Below are positions 33,441 through 50,613 of a stretch of DNA of 64,000 nt, in pieces. Position numbers and translations under genes: made by a program. The DNA comes from the human T2T-CHM13v2.0 reference genome, Homo sapiens. The notes beneath the pieces were generated by a model that made no database searches, had not been told where the DNA came from, and worked only from the letters and a program-made list of their open reading frames with translations. Position 1 is the stretch's first letter; every line of letters starts with the position of its first letter. The stretch is from the NCBI RefSeq assembly GCF_009914755.1, contig NC_060947.1. One strand, written 5' to 3'.

Positions 33441-34573
33441 CAAAGTCCTACAATCTAAATTTAAAACCTAAATTACCTAGGCATGATACACATCCCAAAA
33501 TTTCAAACTTATTTAAATTAAAATCAGAATTGAAAGACAGGAGGACACACATTATGTTCACATAGACACATTACATACAACTGGGAAAATACCAAAAACA
33601 TTTTTCTCTGCTAGTTGAAATATGTTACTTTTTATTTTCTTATTTATGGTTTTAAAATGTCTAACATTTATTAAACACATATGAATTATTTTATCTTTAA
33701 AAGTTTTAAATAATATAAATATTTTGATTTAGACGACCAAGAATAAACACACAGACATTCTCAAGATTGTTTGTTGGCAATGTTGATCAACCTCTTGCTG
33801 GGTTCTTCTCAGCCTCTGGCGTGCCTACCATTTGTTTAACTAGAAAAAAAAATCGCAATCCAGTTAATAAGCTGTGGTTAGTCATCAAACTTTCCCTGCA
33901 GTTTCAAATACAATGCTGCACAAGTAAGACTCTATCTTCTTTTTAAAGCCCTCCCTCTAGAAAAAGTACTAGCTTATAATTTAAAAGGGGGAATTACATT
34001 AATATCTAAGCCATATTCTCCATGACATGATTGCATCCAATATTTATATGAAGACAGTATACAGGCAATATGGGGCGATTGAATTATAATGATCACATTC
34101 ATTATTGTGACTGTTGTTTTATATGTCTCTTGTCAAAGCTTATAACAAATAAATTATGATATTTACAAAATGTGTTCTTTAGTCGTTACTGCCACTAATT
34201 CCAAGTTGTACTTGGAAATGCACCTTTAGTTAAATACTCCTTGATTTTCCTATGAATGTTATTATTCAACATATAGTCTCTTAAGTTTCCATATGATTAT
34301 CTTTCACAAAGGAAATAGCATGGAGAAAGAGCTTTGATTTATGGTTTTGTTAATGCTTCTCTACCATATACATTATGTGCTTTGTTGTTAGCTATGTGTC
34401 ACATACTCATTTTCTTCGTTCAACAATTCCACCATTTGAATGATTTCATTCACACAATGTCCTAATGAAACCATTAATTGTCGCTGATATGATACCATAT
34501 TATCCTTGTGCTTTAGGATTTTCTCTTCAGTATTACTTGTTCCTTTGTCTTTTTCTTTTTAGAAGAACCACAC

Positions 34574-34627
34574 AGCCCCTTTCCTTATATAAGCCCCTTT
34601 CCTTATGTAAGCCCCTTTGCTTATATA
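34574..34627. repeat. 3 x 18-bp minisatellite AGCCCCTTTCCTTATATA
   Basis: Copies start at 34574, 34592 and 34610, with one mismatch each in copies 2 and 3. Confidence 0.9.
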
Positions 34628-34928
34628 AAAATCTCTTTATTTTTTTGACCATGGCCTTCTTTCTGAGACTCACGAATCCCTGGGTTTTACCAAATGATTT
34701 TGATTCCAAAGTGTTTGTATACATTTTCATTTGTAAAATATGCACACGTTATCTTTTATTTGCAATGGAATCATCTTATAAGGCATATTTTAAAATTTTT
34801 TTTAAAATGTAGGTTTACGTTCTCCACAAAAGGTGCAAATGAATTAATAAGCACCAATATCTTTGCCGGTACTGTTTTTTTCCAATACCATTTAATATTT
34901 AACCAGCATTTTCCACTTGTAAAAATAA

Positions 34929-35574
<646 letters not shown>

Positions 35575-37180
35575 TTCTCTGATATTTTTAAAGAAATTAT
35601 TTTTGTTCCATTGATAACTATTTATTGTTTTATGAATTTCAATTACATTGAATTCTGCTGTTATCTATATTATCACTATCTTCTGCTTGCCTTGTGTTTA
35701 ATTTATTTGCTTTTATAATTTCTTAATTTGGAAGCTGATATTATTGAATTGTCTTTTTTGTAATATGAGCGTTTAACGACATAAATTCCCACTAAGCACT
35801 TATTTGGCAGAATCTCACAGATTCTGATATGCTTTAGTTAGATTTTCATTCAGTTCAAAATATTTGCTAATTTTCCTCAATAATTTTTGAAGCATGGGTT
35901 AGTAAAATGTATCACGTAATTTCTGCATATTTGTGGACCTTACAGATAATAACAAAATGTAATATTAGAGCCTTAAATGCCAGAGTGACATGTTTGTACC
36001 TAATATTTTGAAAAATGGGAGTCATTGATGGTTTCTGAGAAGTACACTCACATGATCAGAGCCATGTTTGAGACAAATCAATCCTGGAAGGTAGAATAGA
36101 TTGGAGGCAGGAAATAAGTAGGTAGGAGTCTGCTACTCATTCTAGCCAACTATACCATAGCCTGCACTTACATGTATTGAGTTTGTCTCTGTTTCTGAAG
36201 GATGATTCATCTTAGTACTCAGCTTACTTTGAAATTAAATGCCAATTTGAATGTACTGGCAAATTCACCAGTTAGTGTCATCTTCAATCCTAATTAACAC
36301 ACACTTTATCTACATAAATGACTGATTTCACTATTATCATGACCAAATCAGTTAAATAACTCAAACTGGGCTAAAACTGTTATTAGTGGAATAGATATTT
36401 GCATTTAATATATGCTTTTCAAACTGTAAGTAATTGCTACTTAGTTACACAGAATCTAAAATGCAATCGTCATGAGACATAATTAGTATGAAATCAGAAT
36501 CTTATAAATCTGTACCTAATTATTCTGACTCATATACCTAGAAGTCTGGTTGCTATATACTTTAAAAGGTTTTATGATCTTTTAAATCAAAGCATTTATT
36601 TCAACAAATCTCTTGAAACTTACGAATACTGTGGAAGTAGCACAATTGTTATTTAACATGTGTGACTTACAAGGTAAGCAAAACTAAGTTGACCTGGACT
36701 CATAAAATAACATTACATTTTATTCAGGAAGAATTCCGTGATTTTAAAGGTTTTTGTTATTTTTTCAGAGCAGCCAATTATCATAAGATCCATATTATAT
36801 AGGCAGGAAGTTGGAATATTCTATTCATTTGGCATAAGGGTAATTACTTGCCATAAATGGGAGAATAGACAAGCATTTCAAACCAAAGCCCTGCAGTTAA
36901 AACAATCTTGTCTCACCTGCCTCTTCACAGACAGTCGGCATTGGAGAGACACATGTATCATGGATTTGATATGCAACACTTATTCTGAGTCACAAAGCAA
37001 CTTTCAAGTAACACTTGAGGACTTTGTCCATGGCACGCTTCTTAATGTTTTGGGGTATGGACCTCTTTCAGAATCTGATGAAAGTTGGGGAAAGGAGGAC
37101 TTTTGCCAAGGAAATTCTTTAACATGTACATAAAACTCATAATTTTTTCTATAGTTTCAGGGAGTTGGTAAGTTCCTCCT

Positions 37181-38562
37181 TGTTGTAAGTTGAATTGTGT
37201 CCCCCGAAAACATATATTGAAGTCCTAACTTCCAGTATCTGTGAATTTGGAGAGAGAATCTTTGCAGATGTAATCAAGACATTAGGGTAAGCCCTAATCC
37301 AATATAACGAGTGTCCTTACAAAAAGAGGGAAAACAATGTGAAAACAAAAACACAAGGAAAATGCCATGTAATGAAACAGGCATATTGGAGTGATGCATA
37401 TAACCCATGGAACACCAAAGATCCCTAGTGGTGTGGATTCTCTTGACATCCATCCGCAGAAGACTGAAACGATTTTTAAGAATTTCACCAGCAAAGCATT
37501 GCCAGCCTGGAGAGAAAGAGAAAGAGGTGGGGCAAAATGAAGCAAGAATGACTTCAAGGGCAGAGCCATGCATGCAGAGGCAAGAGATAGCACAGGCCTT
37601 GAGGGGCAGGGCTTCCACTTCACAGCTGCCAGAGATTGAAGCCACCACTCAGGGTCAAGAGGGCAAATCCACATCAGTGGGCCCAGAGGACAGAGCACTG
37701 AGTCACAGAGAATTATTCTCAGGCCTTGGAACCTATTGAAAGTTGCCCTGCTGTGTTGCAAAATTGCTTTAGACCAGTACCCCTTTTTCTTCCAATTCCT
37801 CCCTTTTGAAATAAGATGTCTACATTATACCTGCCCCACGGTTGTATCTTGGAAGAAGATAATTTCTTTTCCAGGTTTCACAGATCCATAAAAAGAGAGG
37901 AACTTTGCCCTAGTATGAATCACATCCAGAGTCTCATTCATAATTTATTTAAATAATTTACATGATGAGATTTGGGACTTTTGGAGTTGATTATATATAG
38001 ATAATATTTTGGGCTTAAAATTAATGCTGGAATGGGTTAAGACTTTTGAGGATGCTGGGATGAGGTCCAGGTATTTTGTGCATGAAAGGGACATGGGTTT
38101 GGGGAGGGCAAAGGGCAGATTCTTCTGGGTTGAATTGTGTCTTCCAAAATGATACGTTGAAGTTCCACAGTACCTGTGAAAGTGACCTCTTTTGGAAATA
38201 CATTCTTTGCAGATATAATTAAATCATTGGGGTGGGCTCTAATCCAATATGACTAATGTCCTTATAGAAAGAGAGAAGATGATGTGAAGACATATATACA
38301 GGGAAAATGACATGTGCAGATGCAGCGAGACACTAGAGTAATGCATCCAAAAAGCCAAGGAATGCCAAGGATTCCTGACCATCACCAGAAGTGAGGAGAG
38401 AGAAATACAACAGATTCTCCCTCAGAATGCTCATAAGGAACGAACACTGATGACACTATGATTTTGGACTTCTAGCATCCAGAAAGGTGAGAAAATAAAT
38501 TTATATATTTTTATGCCACCCAGTTTGTGGTACTTTGTTTCAGTAGTCCTAGAAAACTAATG
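37181..38562 (+). mobile_element. MLT1 (B/C-like) MaLR: partial 5' LTR, internal remnant, complete 3' LTR (~38120-38562)
   Basis: Two direct copies of GTTGAATTGTGTC..C.AAA...A.TTGAAGT...CTTTGCAGAT.TAAT...CTAATCCAATAT. Confidence 0.8.
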
Positions 38563-39429
38563 ACTTCACCTTCAAGTCCCATTCATAATGTTTTTAGCAG
38601 TCTATGAAACCCAGGATCCTTCCATTGGCAGGTATTTGTTTAGCAGCCAGACATAGTGGCAAGATGCCTTGAATACAGTATAAAGCATATTTTGAACCAA
38701 CTTATATGACTAAGACTAGATAATATTATACCTTTTAAGATCTTTGCATAATGAACTACTGAAGAGTGTGCTTTGAAAACAGGATAAACTGGCAGCAGAC
38801 ATTTCATTCCAGTATTCTGATTATCCATCTGACTAACCTTTGCTTACTCATTGATTAATATGTTTACCTGTCTTCTCCATAAGCATAGGATTGAATATCA
38901 AGTTTGGAGCTGACTCACCATTCAATAGATATTCAAATACACTCTTTTTCAAATGCTGGGTAAAACATTCTTAGTAAAATAAAATATAGGCAATGGACAA
39001 ATAAAGTTTTACTTACTAAGCTCTTGATATGAGTTCTTCTTAGGCTGTTACCTTGAATGTATCAGTCTCCCATGCCCATAATAAATATTTGAAATACGCA
39101 AAATATGTGAGTTTAGCAATGTATGGTGCCTAAGTCAAAAATCAAACAATATGGGCCAGTACATCATATTGTTTTGAGGTCAAAGCAGTTTTACTGAAAA
39201 TTCGTGATATAGAGAAGGTTTTACAATGTTAAAAAATAGATAAAAATTAAAAATTGTTTTCATTAAATTTATTTTTATGTTTCACTCTTCAGGGAAAAAT
39301 GTACTGTTCTATCAAGTTTGAGTGTTTGACTATATTTAGGAAAGATTTTCTTCTAATTTTCTTTTGTGCAAATGGTAAAATAAATTATTCCAATTAGATA
39401 TAAAGAGAAAATATAAATACTAGTATCGG

Positions 39430-40460
39430 GAGAATCATTCATTTATCAAATATTTACTGAGTGCCTATAATGGGTCTGGTACTCTGCTGGATAATAACAA
39501 TACAGGGACAAATAAAGCATGGTCCCTACCCTCAAGGAATTTTGCTGATAGAGAAAGACACTCAAAATAGTAATTATACAGTATTGGTGGGAGAGAGTGT
39601 GGAGAATGGGTGTCCTACTGGAGATAGTAATTGAGCTGATATTAAAATGGGCAAGTGAATTCCAGAGAGATATAACAGCATGAACTAAAACAAATGTAAG
39701 AAACAGCATGTTACATGGGAAATACTTACACTAAAAATATATTAGTTGTTTATCTGAAATTCAAATTTAACTAAATGTCCTATATTTATACTTCATAAAT
39801 TTGGCAACTGTTTATGTGGAGAACTGAAAGCACTTCTGTGTTGTTAGAATGTCAAGTGTAAGGCAGGGTTTGTGACAGTTAATACTGGAAAGGTAGGTAA
39901 GAAGATGTCAGATCATGAAAAACTAGGTTTGCCAAATCAGGCAGCTTGCTTTAAGTTCTGAGGAAAGTAGTGAGCCATTGACAAGTTTTTAGCAGAGTGG
40001 TAGTACAATCAGACTTTTAGTATGGTATTCTGACAACATACAGGGAATACATTGAAGTGAATAAAATTAGGGACAGGAAAATTATTAAACTGACTAAAGC
40101 TAGGTAATCCAGGAGAGATGATGGCAGCTCAAACTAGTGCAGGTTGATAGAGCTGGAGATAAAGTAATGGAAGAAACTTTTAGAAGTAAAACCTGGAAAT
40201 TTGAGTGATTAACTAAATAGGGTAATGAGGGAGGGGAAGTCTAGGATGACTCCAAAGATTCTATCCTAGTGACTGGATGGATGTCATGGAAAATTTAGAA
40301 AAAGGGTAAATTTTTTAGAGAAGATAACAAGTAATGTTTTGGACATGTTGAATTGGTAGTGCTTGTGGGACAGCCAGAGAAAAATGACCAGCAGAAATCA
40401 GGGAGCAGTCTAGGTTGACAATATAGATTTAGGAGTCATTAGAATAGAGTTAAAGTTATA
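39430..40460 (-). mobile_element. L2 3' fragment, containing a MER33-like piece (~39710-39810)
   Basis: CATTCATTTATCAAATATTTACTGAGTGCCTA (L2 tail); GTTGTTTATCTGAAATTCAAATTTAACT (MER33-like). Confidence 0.7.
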
Positions 40461-41377
40461 AAAACTAGGGAAAAAATTAAGAATAATCATATTTGCAGTT
40501 GGTAGAATTAAAATCTTCTTAAAGGAAAATTGCCACTCAATGTAATCATAATTTTGGCTCATCTATACAGCATAAAATTAGTCAATAAAATAAATATATA
40601 ATTATGGATAAAGGCACTGTACTTGTTCCAAATCATGTTTCTTATTTGTGGAATGACTTTATATTTGACAGACCTGAACATAATGTGAGAAATTCTAGCA
40701 AGGAATGGGGAAACTTGTAGAAAAAGCTAACCATTGATATTTGTTATGGCATGGATATATCATTCACTGCACAAGGCATGACCTAACATGAACAATAAGA
40801 TAATTCATATGTTCCAATGTGGGCATTTATAAAAGGAACTTCCAGCCTTTAATGTGTGTATATATATATACATATATGCAGCCTAATTACATTTTATCAT
40901 TGTCAAAATAGTAAGTTTTAATTTTGATTCATGGTTCATATCATAACATCTTCTTCAAAGGGAAGAGTGTAACATAGATTCCTCCCTCTCTGAACACCTA
41001 TATCATTAAACAACCAACATAATGCTTTGCCATATGTCAATTTACCTTGTAGAGTTGAGCCATGGAATCTCAGAGTTGAAAACTACTTAAAAATGTATCA
41101 AGTCTAACCTCATTTTCTATGTAGGAATCTCTCTGTCATCCCTGATATATGGGTTTTATTCCCTGCTCAAATACTTACAGTGACTAGGAGGACAAAGGTC
41201 CCTCATTCCATTGCTGGACAGGTGCAGTAGGTCCTAAATCTGCCTTCTAAAGGTATGCAGAACCACACCTTCTGTAACAACACTCTGCTTTTTGAAGACA
41301 TGTTTTAGGTTATTCCTTTAGTTATCCTGGCTTTTTCTTTTCATGAAATTTCCTTCAGCCTTTCTTTGCATGATTTG

Positions 41378-41912
41378 TATGGTAGTTTAAAAATATGTCC
41401 ACATATTCTTTGATACTAACCCCTTCAAGAAGTAGTGCTTAATTTCCCTCCTTTTGAGTACAAGTTGGATTGATGAGTAGAATGTGGCAGAAGTGACTGT
41501 GTATGACATGTCATAAAAAGCAATGAAGCGTCTTCCTTGTTCTCCCGTTTAGATCACTTGCTCTGGCAGAAGCCAAATGCCATGTCGTCAGGACACTCAA
41601 TCAGCCCTATGGAGCAATCCATGTGGTGAGGGGTACTAAAGCCTTATGTCGAGATCCATCAAGGAACTGAAACCTCATGCCAGGAGCCATGTGAGTAAGC
41701 ATTCTTGGAAGTGAATTCTAGCTCCCCTAGTCAACCCTTCATATGACTGCAGCCCTAGCTGACATTTTGATTGCAAGTACCTGAGAGACACTGAGCCAGA
41801 ACCATGCAGCTAAGCTCCTCTTAAATTACTGACCCTCAGAAACTGAAATGATAAATGTTTTTTAAGCTGCTAAATTTTGAAGATGATTTGTTGCACAGCA
41901 AAAAAACTAACA
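41378..41912 (+). mobile_element. MLT1 (E/F/G-like) solo LTR
   Basis: ...CTGAGCCAGAACCATGCAGCTAAGC...CAGAAACTG...TTTAAGCTGCTAAATTTTG...TTTGTTGCACAGCA end motif. Confidence 0.75.
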
Positions 41913-43345
41913 TGATATGGTTTCTAGGTCTTACATTCTTGACCTTGTCCTCTGGACACATTAAAGTTGTTGATTTCTACCATAATATGTAACACAATAA
42001 TTGATCCAACATTTTATCAAGTGTGTAGGTTTGTATATCTACCATGGTAGTCAAGTCCTAAACTGTTAAATACCAGAAGAATCACCAAACTAACTTAAAC
42101 CAACTTAAATTCTTCTCCCAAACCAACCTAAATTCTCTCTCCAAGCAATCTTGACCATTTTGGTAACCACTGATCTATCAACAGTAGAAATGGCAGAGTA
42201 GGTAGCTAAAGAGGTCACCCCTACGCAGAAACACACACCAAAAAAATGAGCAAAAACTGTCAGAATCAACTATGTCAGAACTCTGGAAAATAGTCAAATG
42301 TTTACAAAACTGAAGGAACCAATAAGTCAAGACAAATACAACTTTAAAATAATAGGAAAGGTTTCTGGTGTTTTTACTTGCCCTTGCCTCACCCACCTCC
42401 CTGGCTTGACAACTATCTTGAAGATAGGAGCTAGGATAGCCAGTATGAGAACTTTGTCTCTCATTCTAAAAGAAGCAGAATGATTTTATTCTCAAAGCAT
42501 TGTGTTTGTTTCAACCTATCTGAGGGTTATATGAAAGACTGATGCAAGGTGGTTGCCTTTGTTCTGCCTAATTTAGAACTCTCGAGGTGGAAAAGTAGCT
42601 ATGCAGAAGGCATTCCTTAAAAACATTGTAAGACAGCTGAACAATCTGCCACCACTGGAGAAAAGACATCGTAGATGAAGCAAACAACAGACATATTGAA
42701 AGTCTGGGAGGAAAATTTTGGAAGAAGTTTCATGAGAAATTCATGTTGTAAAAATCACCTGCATATACAGAGGAATTTAGAAAAGTATACACATGACCAG
42801 GGCAAGATAGTTGCTCAGAATATATCTGGGAATACTCCAGACATTCACTTCTGGATGATCTCTAGGCTCAGCACAAGCAGAAAACGAAAGCGAAGGCAGA
42901 GTTGTAAGTGGCCTGGCTAAGCCCCAACACTGAGAGAATCTGCAAAAACAGGGAATTTTTTTCTTTTTCCTTTTGCTTTCTTTTTTTATCTTTTTTTAGC
43001 TTTAGGTATTCAAGGAAATATCTGTCAAGAGACTAGTTGACTACAAGCTAAATAAACCGGAACTTCAGAGACTACACACAATAAGAATATAGACTTTACA
43101 AAAATAGACACTAAACAAATGAACAAACAAATGTAAAGCACAGTAAATTTACAAATAAAAAGATGAACAAAGGAACAATCTGATTTCCAAGAGTTACCAC
43201 ATTATAGTATTCAGAGTGTCCAAATTTCAACAAAAACTTATGAAGCATTCAAAGAAACAAGAAAACACGGCCCATTCACAGGATAAATTAATAATAACTG
43301 TCCCCAAGGAAGCTCAGAAATTAGATTTACTGAAGAAAGACTTTA

Positions 43346-44856
<1,511 letters not shown>

Positions 44857-46041
44857 TTAAATATGATCAAAGAACTAAAAGTACCCATCAATGGTTTCTA
44901 GCTAAAGGAAAGTAGGAGAATGATGTCTCAATAAATAGAGAAAATCAACAAAGAGATAGAAATTTTAAAATAAACCATGGAAATTCTGAGCTGAAAAGTA
45001 TAATACCTTAAATTTTTAAAAAACTTACTAGTGGGCTTCAATAGAAGCTTTAAACAGGCAGAAGAGATAATTAGAGAATTTGAAGATATGTCAATTGAAA
45101 TTATCCAGTCACAAGAGCAGAAAGGAAAAAAGAGTGCCTAAGAAACCTGTGGGATACCATCAAGCCTACCTATTTTCACACAATAAACATTTCAGGAGAG
45201 GAGAGAGAGAAAGAGATGGAAAGAATATCAGAAAATGTAATGCTCAAAATATCTCAAATTTCACAAAAGACATTAATCGACACATCTAAGAGGTTCGACA
45301 GAGTCAAAAAAGGATAAGCATAAAGAGGTCCACACTGAAACATATTATAACTAAACTGTTAAAAGATAAAAGCAAACAGAATGTTGAAAGCAAAGATAAG
45401 TGACTCATGATTAACAGAGGATCCTCAGTGAGATTAGCAGCCAGTTTCTCATCAGAAATTATGGAGTCCAGAAGGTAGTGGAAGCGCACATTTAAAATAC
45501 TGAAAGAAAAAAACTGTCGGCCAAGGATTCTATATCCAGCCAGATTATTCTTCAAAAATCAATGAAAAAATAAGACAATCTCAGATAAGTAAAAGCTGAA
45601 GGAGTTTATTGCTAGAACCTGCATGAAGGAAAGCAAGAAATGCTTTCAAATATAAATGAAAGGATACAAAACAGAAACAGATAAATAAAGAACATTGTTC
45701 AAGTTTAATACAAAAGCCAGTATCATTGTGTATTTGTTTTTGTAACTCTTTTTTTGCTTTCCTATATGTTTTTAAGAACAAGTGCCTGAAACAATCATTG
45801 TAAATCTACATTAAGGGGCAAAGAAGGTATAAAGTTTTCATTTGTGACAACAATTATATAAGAGATGAGGGAAGAAGCTGTAAAGAAGCAGAGATTTGAT
45901 TACTATTGAAGCTCAGATGGTATTAATTCATAAAATATTTTAACTGAGCCTAAAAGGTTAATTGTAATCCTCATGGCAAACACCAATAAAATAACAAAAA
46001 ATAAAGAAAAAAATAAAAATAAATCAAGATGGTACCCTACA

Positions 46042-46418
46042 TGCATTGTCCATTCTTAAATAACTTTAAAGGAATACCTGAGACCGACTAATTTATAAAG
46101 AAAAAAGAATTTAATTGGCTCACAGATCTGCATGCTGTGCATAAAGCGTGATGGAAGGCAAAAGGGGAGCAAGCACCTCACATGACCAGAGCAGGAACAA
46201 GAGAGAGAGTGCAGGGGAGGTGCCACATAATTTTAAACAACCGGATCTTACAAGAACTCACTCACTATCATTAGGACAGTACCAAGGGGAATGGTGCTAA
46301 ACTATTCATGAGAAATCTGCCCCTATGATCAAATCACCTCCCACCAGGCCCCATCTCTAACACTGAGGATTATAATTCAACAAGAGAGTTCATGAGGACA
46401 CAGATCCAAATCATAACA
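46042..46418 (-). mobile_element. MSTA/B solo LTR
   Basis: GGAATACCTGAGAC..TAATTTATAAAGAAAA...CCTCCCACCAGGCCCCA...CACAGATCCAAATCATAACA; TSD CTACA/CTATA. Confidence 0.85.
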
Positions 46419-46556
46419 CTATAAAAATCAATTAAACATAAAGAAGGCAGCATGGAGGAATAGGGGAACAAAAAGGATGTCAGACATAAGTCCTTCCTTG
46501 TCAGTAATTACTTTAAATTTTAAAAGCTTAGTTCTCCAATTAAAAGGCAAATACTG

Positions 46557-47827
46557 CCATGAAGTCTTTGCCCATCCTATGTCCTCAATGGTATTGCCTA
46601 GGTTTTTTTCTAGAGTTTTTATGGTTTTGGGTTTTACATTTAAGTCTTTAATACATCTTGAGTTAATTTTTGTATAAAATGTAAGGAAGGGGCCAGTTTC
46701 AGTTTTCTGCATATGGCTAGCCAGTTTTCCCAGCATCATTTACTGAATAGGAGATCCTTTCCCCATTGCTTGTTTTTGTGAGATTTGTCCAAAAGCAATT
46801 GCAACAAAAGTCAAAATTGACAAATTGGATCTAATTAAAGAGCTTCTGCACTGCAAAAGAAACCATCATCAGAGTGAACAGGCAACCTACAGAATGGGAG
46901 AAAATTTTTGCAATCTACCCATCTGATAAAGGTCTAATATCCAGAATTTACAAGGAACTTAAACACATTTACAAGAAAAATGCAAACAACCCCATTAAAA
47001 AGTGGACAAAGGATATGAACAGACACTTCTCAAAAGAAAACATTTATGCTGCAAACAAACATATAAAAAAAGCTTAATGTCACTGATCATCAGAGAAATG
47101 CAAATCAAAACCACAATGAGGTACCATCACATGCCAGTCAGAATGGCGATTGTTAAAAAGTCAGGAAATAACAGATGCTGGTGAGTCTGTGGAGAAATAG
47201 GAACACTTTTACACTGTTGTGGAGAATGTAAATTAGTTCAACCATCGTGGAAGACAGTATGGTGATTTATCAAGGATCTAGAACCAGAAATAACATTTGA
47301 CCCAGCAATCCCATTACTGGGTATATACGCAAAGGAATATAAATCATTCTATTATAAAGACACATGCACATGTATGTTTATTGCAGCACTATTTACAATA
47401 GCAAAGACATGGAATCAACCCAAATGCCCATCGATGATAGACTGGATAAAGAAAACATGGTACATATACACATGGAATACTATGCAGCTTTATAAAGGAA
47501 TAAGATCATGTCCTTTGCAGGAACATGGATGAAGTTGGAAGCCATCATCCTCAACAAACTAACACAGGAGCAGAAAACCAAACACTGCATGTTCTCACTC
47601 ATAAGCGGGAGTTGAACAATGAGAACACATGAACACAGAGAAGGGAACAACATACACCAGGGCCTGTTGGGGGGTGGGGGGCAAGGGGCGGGAACTTAGA
47701 GGATGGGTCAATAGGTGCAGCAAACCACCATGGCACACGTATACCTACCTAACAAACCTGATGTTCTGCACATGAATCCCGCTTTTTTATAGAAGAAATA
47801 AAGAAAACAAATGAACAAGCAAAAAAA
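46557..47827 (+). mobile_element. L1PA8-like element with 5' inversion (46557-46788 inverted)
   Basis: Antisense ORF2 piece followed by sense ORF2/3' UTR; TSD AAAAGGCAAA(T/G)A(C/T)TG at 46542-46556 and 47828-47842. Confidence 0.88.
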
Positions 47828-48679
47828 AAAAGGCAAAGATTGTAAAGTAGTTTAAAATCAGGTAGTGTGATGACTCCAGCTTTGTTCTTCTTCTCAAGAT
47901 TGCTTTGGCTGTTTGGGATCTGTTGTGGTTCCACGTTAATTTTAAGATCGTTTCTTTCTATTTCCATGAAAAGTGTCTTTCGAAATTTGATACAGATTGT
48001 ATTGAATCTGAAGACCATTTTAACATAATTAACAAGATTAATATTGTTAATATGCAGGATAATATTAATTCTAACAATTTATGGACACAAGATATCTTTT
48101 TATTTATCTGTGTCTCCAATTTTTGCATCAATATCTTACAGTTTTTAATATACAGAGTTTTCACATCCTTGGTGACATTTACTCAAAAGTATTTTATTCT
48201 TTTTGATGCTATGGTAAATAGGACTTTATTTCAAATTTCTTTGTTGACTATTGCATTTAATTTCTTTCTTGGATAATCTTTCTGTTAGGGTATAGAATCA
48301 CAAATGATTTAAACCCTATGGTACTGGCATGAAAACAGACACAAAGATCAGTGGAACAGAATAGAGAGCCCAGAAGTAAACCCACACATACAGAGTCAAC
48401 TAATCTTTTATGACAGTGCAAAGAATACACAATGGGGAAGGGATAGTCTGTTCAATAGATTATATTATAAAAAATAGATATCCACATGAAAAAGAATAAA
48501 ACTGGACCTTTGTCTTAGACCACATACAAAAATTAACTAGAAATGAATTAAAGACTTAAATATATATTCTAAAACTATAAAATCCATAGGAAAAAAACAT
48601 AGAAAAAGCTCCTTGACATCAGTTTTGGCAATGAATTTTGGATATGACACAAAAAGCATAAGTCAAAAAAGCAAAAATA

Positions 48680-49003
<324 letters not shown>

Positions 49004-49904
49004 TCAAACTAAAAAAGCTTCTGTACAGCAAAGGAAATGATCAAGAGGGTGAAAGTCAACTTATGGAATGGGAGAAAATAATTTCAAACCCCATATCTAA
49101 GGCATTAATATCCAAAATATATAAGGAACTCACACAACTTATAGGAAAAAATGAGCAAAGACCGGAGTGGACATTTTTTTAAAAGACATACAAACAGGTA
49201 TATGAAAAGGTGTTCAACATTGCTAATCATCAAGAAAATAGATACCAGAACGACAATGAAATATCATTTCAAAACTGTTAGGATGGCTATTATCAAAAAT
49301 GCAATAAATAACACATGTTTGTGAAGATGTAGAGTAAAGGGAATCCTTGTACACTGTTGGTAGGAATGAAAATTGGTACAGTCATTGCAGATAACAGGAT
49401 AGCTGTTAATTCAACAATTTTAAATACAGCTACTATATGATCCAGCAATACCTCTAGTGGGTATGTATCCAAAGGAATAGAAATAGATATCTTGAAAAAA
49501 TATCTGCACCTCCGTTTTCATTGCAGCATTACTCACAATAGCCAAATATGTAAACACTCTAACCATCAATTGAAGGATGAATGGAAAAAGAAAATGTAGA
49601 ATACATATATATGTATATGCATGGATATATGTAGACAATGTAGAATACATATATATGTATTGCCATTCATCCTTCAATGGAATATTATTCTACCAGAAAA
49701 AGAAGGAAATCCTGTCATTTGGTACAACATGGAGGAACCTGGAGGACATTATGCAAAGTGAAATAAGCCAGACACAGAAAGACAAATACTGTATTATCTC
49801 ACTTAAAAGTAGAACCGAAAATAGTTGAACTCATTGAAGCAGGGAGTAGAATCTTGGTGGTTGCCAGGGGCTGGGGGGTGGGGGAAATGGGGAGATGTTA
49901 ATTA

Positions 49905-50228
<324 letters not shown>

Positions 50229-50613
50229 GGAAGATGAGTAAATTATGGGGATCTAATGTACACAATGGTGACTGTAGTTAATAATTTCGTGTTGCTTAAT
50301 TGAAATTTGGTAAGGAGGAAGATTTTAAGTGTTTGAACCACACACACAAATGCAAGATTGGTAGCTATGGATGATGGTAGATATGTTCATTGATTTGACT
50401 GTGTAATCAATACACAATGTACACATATTTCAAGTCATTATATTGTATGCCTTGAATATAAACAATTTTTGTTAACTAAATATTTTAAAATAAGAAAACC
50501 GAAATTGGCAGAATGGAATTTTAAAAAATATGATCCAACTTTATGCTGTCTCTGAGAAACTCATTTTAAATTGAGAGACAAATGGGTTGAAAGCAAAAGA
50601 ATGGAAAAAGATG

